Positions 62,148 through 64,000 of a stretch of DNA of 64,000 bases are shown here, piece by piece. Positions within the stretch are counted from its first letter, which is position 1. The number at the start of each line of letters is the position of its first letter. This DNA comes from Ramlibacter sp. (GTDB lineage Bacteria > Pseudomonadota > Gammaproteobacteria > Burkholderiales > Burkholderiaceae_C): NCBI GenBank assembly GCA_046599015.1, contig JBKJHN010000128.1, forward strand, positions 126 through 64,125, read 5' to 3'. The notes below the pieces were generated by a model. It did not search any database, was not told the DNA's origin, and saw only the letters and a program-made list of their open reading frames with translations. A program made the translations under genes and the position numbers.

Positions 62148-62924
62148 CTAGAAAGGCAATCTGCCGTATCTCGCTTTCAGGCGCTCCTTTTCCAGGCGCG
62201 AGCGCTCTGTCGCTGGACCGCCGCTAAGAATCGCCCTCATCCCCGAATATTCATTCTCGAAGCGATTGATCAGCGGCAGCGGCTTCCCGATCGGAAACAG
62301 TGCACTGCCTTCCCGCGCGATTCTGGCCAGAATCGGCCGAAAGTCCCGCAACAATCCGGCCGAGCGCGGCGCGGTTTGTTCAACGACATGGACCCGGCGC
62401 AGCCCAAGCGCCTTGGCCCGCCCCAGCCAATCGTGATCGAGATGGTACTGATACGCCACATCCATCGGCCCGACCCGGCGAAAGGCTTCGGCTCTCACCA
62501 GCCAGCTCGATGGCGTAGGGAAATCGGATATGCCGAGGAATTTCCCCTCCTGAGTCAGGACCACCTGGTTGGAAGTCTGCATATCGGCCTTGACACGGTC
62601 CATGGCATCCAGAGCGGTCTGGCAGAAGCTGTCGCTCCAGCTGTCATCATCTTCCAGGAACGCGATGAAATCCCCATCCGCGAGTGCCAACGCTGCGTTC
62701 AGCGCAGCAGCCTGGCTGGCGATCTCGGCACGCGCAAAATGCACCTTGCCGGGTGTCACCGAACCGGCCAGCTCGGGTTCGGCCGCGCCCGGATCGAGGC
62801 CGACCAGGATGCGAAACTCGATCGCCTGCTTGGTGCTCTGCCGGGCCACCGACGAGATCATCCGCTCCAGGTACGCGCTCTGGCGCGGCTGACTGCGAGA
62901 CGGAGTGACGATATCGATGCGCAC
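62148..62924 (-). CDS. Glycosyltransferase family 2 (GT-A) protein
   Basis: [36 protein letters not shown]...F.RVG and D.DW motifs; AAGAGG RBS before GTG 62924. Confidence 0.72.
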   Translation of the reverse strand: MRIDIVTPSRSQPRQSAYLERMISSVARQSTKQAIEFRILVGLDPGAAEPELAGSVTPGKVHFARAEIASQAAALNAALALADGDFIAFLEDDDSWSDSFCQTALDAMDRVKADMQTSNQVVLTQEGKFLGISDFPTPSSWLVRAEAFRRVGPMDVAYQYHLDHDWLGRAKALGLRRVHVVEQTAPRSAGLLRDFRPILARIAREGSALFPIGKPLPLINRFENEYSGMRAILSGGPATERSRLEKERLKARYGRLPF

Positions 62925-63227
62925 TGCGGCCTCTTGGTTTGAGCTGGCCGCCGGGCAAGTCCCCGTGAATTCGGATAGGAGCTGACGGCTTTCGGCGATT
63001 CTGGCGTGGACAGCTCCAGCCATGCAGCGACCGCTTCCACAATCGCTTGCCGGCATATCGCCACCGCCCAGTTTACCAATTTTCCCACAGGAGACTCAAG
63101 ACCTTCGATGCGAGTTGCCGCTGGAGGCAACGCATCGCGGCCAATGGGATCGGGCCAACCTGCCGCGCCGCGTCACGGCATTCATACTTCGCCGCCGCAT
63201 TGGCCGCATTCGATTTGCGCCCGCGGA

Positions 63228-64000
63228 TCAGGCAGCCGGGTCTGTGAACTCCTCGGTGTCCACTTCACTGGTCGACTGAGCACTGTATCGAGCGCCGTTC
63301 ACCGTCTTCTGATTGATCAGGATTTCGACCCGAGCGATCAAGTCTGAAGTCAACTTCACCTCCATCGCAGCGAGGTTTTCGCGCAGATGGTCCACGCGGG
63401 TCGTGCCGGGAATCGGCACCCCATGCGGCACCTTGTGCAGCAGCCACGCAAGCGCGAGCTGGGCCGGCGTGCAGCCCGCCTCTTCCGCCAGCGCCTTGTA
63501 GGCGGTCAGCAACTGCAGGTTGGCGGCGTAGTTTTCCGGGAAGAAGCGCGGCAAGCCGCGCCGGATGTCCTTGGCGTCCAGGGTCTGCACGTCGTGCAGC
63601 GCATCGCAGAGAAAGCCGCGTGCGACGGGACTGAACGCGACAAAAGCCGCACCCAGTTCGCGGCAGGTTTCGAGCACCGCGATCTCGGGATTGCGCGTCC
63701 ACAGCGAGTACTCGGTCTGCACTGCGCTGATCGGGTGCACCGCGTGGGCCTGGCGAATCGTGGCCGCGGAGACTTCGGACAAGCCGACACTGCGGACCTT
63801 GCCGGCTCGCACCAGGTCCGACATCGCCCCCACGCTGTCTTCGACCGGCACCTTCTTGTCCCAGCGATGCAGGTAGTACAGGTCGATCACATCGGTGCGC
63901 AGCCGGCGCAAGCTGTCTTCACAATTCTTGCGAATGGCAGCCGGCCGGCCGTCGATCACCCGCTTCATGCCGTCCTCGGACTGCACCCCGGCCAAGCCGC
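63228..64000 (-). CDS. Aldo/keto reductase, C-terminal part (start lies beyond the window)
   Basis: [48 protein letters not shown] and PIPGT motifs. Confidence 0.93.
   Translation of the reverse strand, partial: GLAGVQSEDGMKRVIDGRPAAIRKNCEDSLRRLRTDVIDLYYLHRWDKKVPVEDSVGAMSDLVRAGKVRSVGLSEVSAATIRQAHAVHPISAVQTEYSLWTRNPEIAVLETCRELGAAFVAFSPVARGFLCDALHDVQTLDAKDIRRGLPRFFPENYAANLQLLTAYKALAEEAGCTPAQLALAWLLHKVPHGVPIPGTTRVDHLRENLAAMEVKLTSDLIARVEILINQKTVNGARYSAQSTSEVDTEEFTDPAA

Overview
High-GC betaproteobacterial chromosome segment; gene content and order look like Comamonadaceae/Burkholderiales (inferred, not verified). Most of it is core genome: ppsA/ppsR, tonB-exbB-exbD, yccA, surE-pcm-nlpD-rpoS-exonuclease-rlmD, ppiD-tRNA-Val-hupB, pgsA-uvrC, earP/efp, rmuC, phasin, ggt, dnaG-rpoD. 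Two accessory blocks follow tRNA-His. (1) A ~3.6 kb decayed integrative islet (11505-15123) bounded by a 17-bp direct repeat of the tRNA 3' end, with candidate integrase arm repeats, an IHF-consensus site, a probable integrase stub and an IS256 remnant. Its cargo is a NikR-family repressor that keeps its DNA-binding residues and a clear operator but has lost three of the four canonical Ni ligands, plus a TonB-dependent receptor. (2) A ~16 kb catabolic cluster (15.2-31 kb) with GntR, BKACE, two different molybdenum-hydroxylase large subunits, one S/M pair, CoxG, TetR, acetamidase/formamidase, cupin and a LIV-type ABC transporter; an identical 12-bp candidate operator links two of its promoters. 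Other points: an MCR-5-like phosphoethanolamine transferase between earP and efp, a CCTAC array upstream of csbD, a candidate anti-SD sRNA with a duplicated terminator after the phasin gene, and a truncated thioesterase. All calls come from reading the sequence and recalled family motifs; no searches were run.
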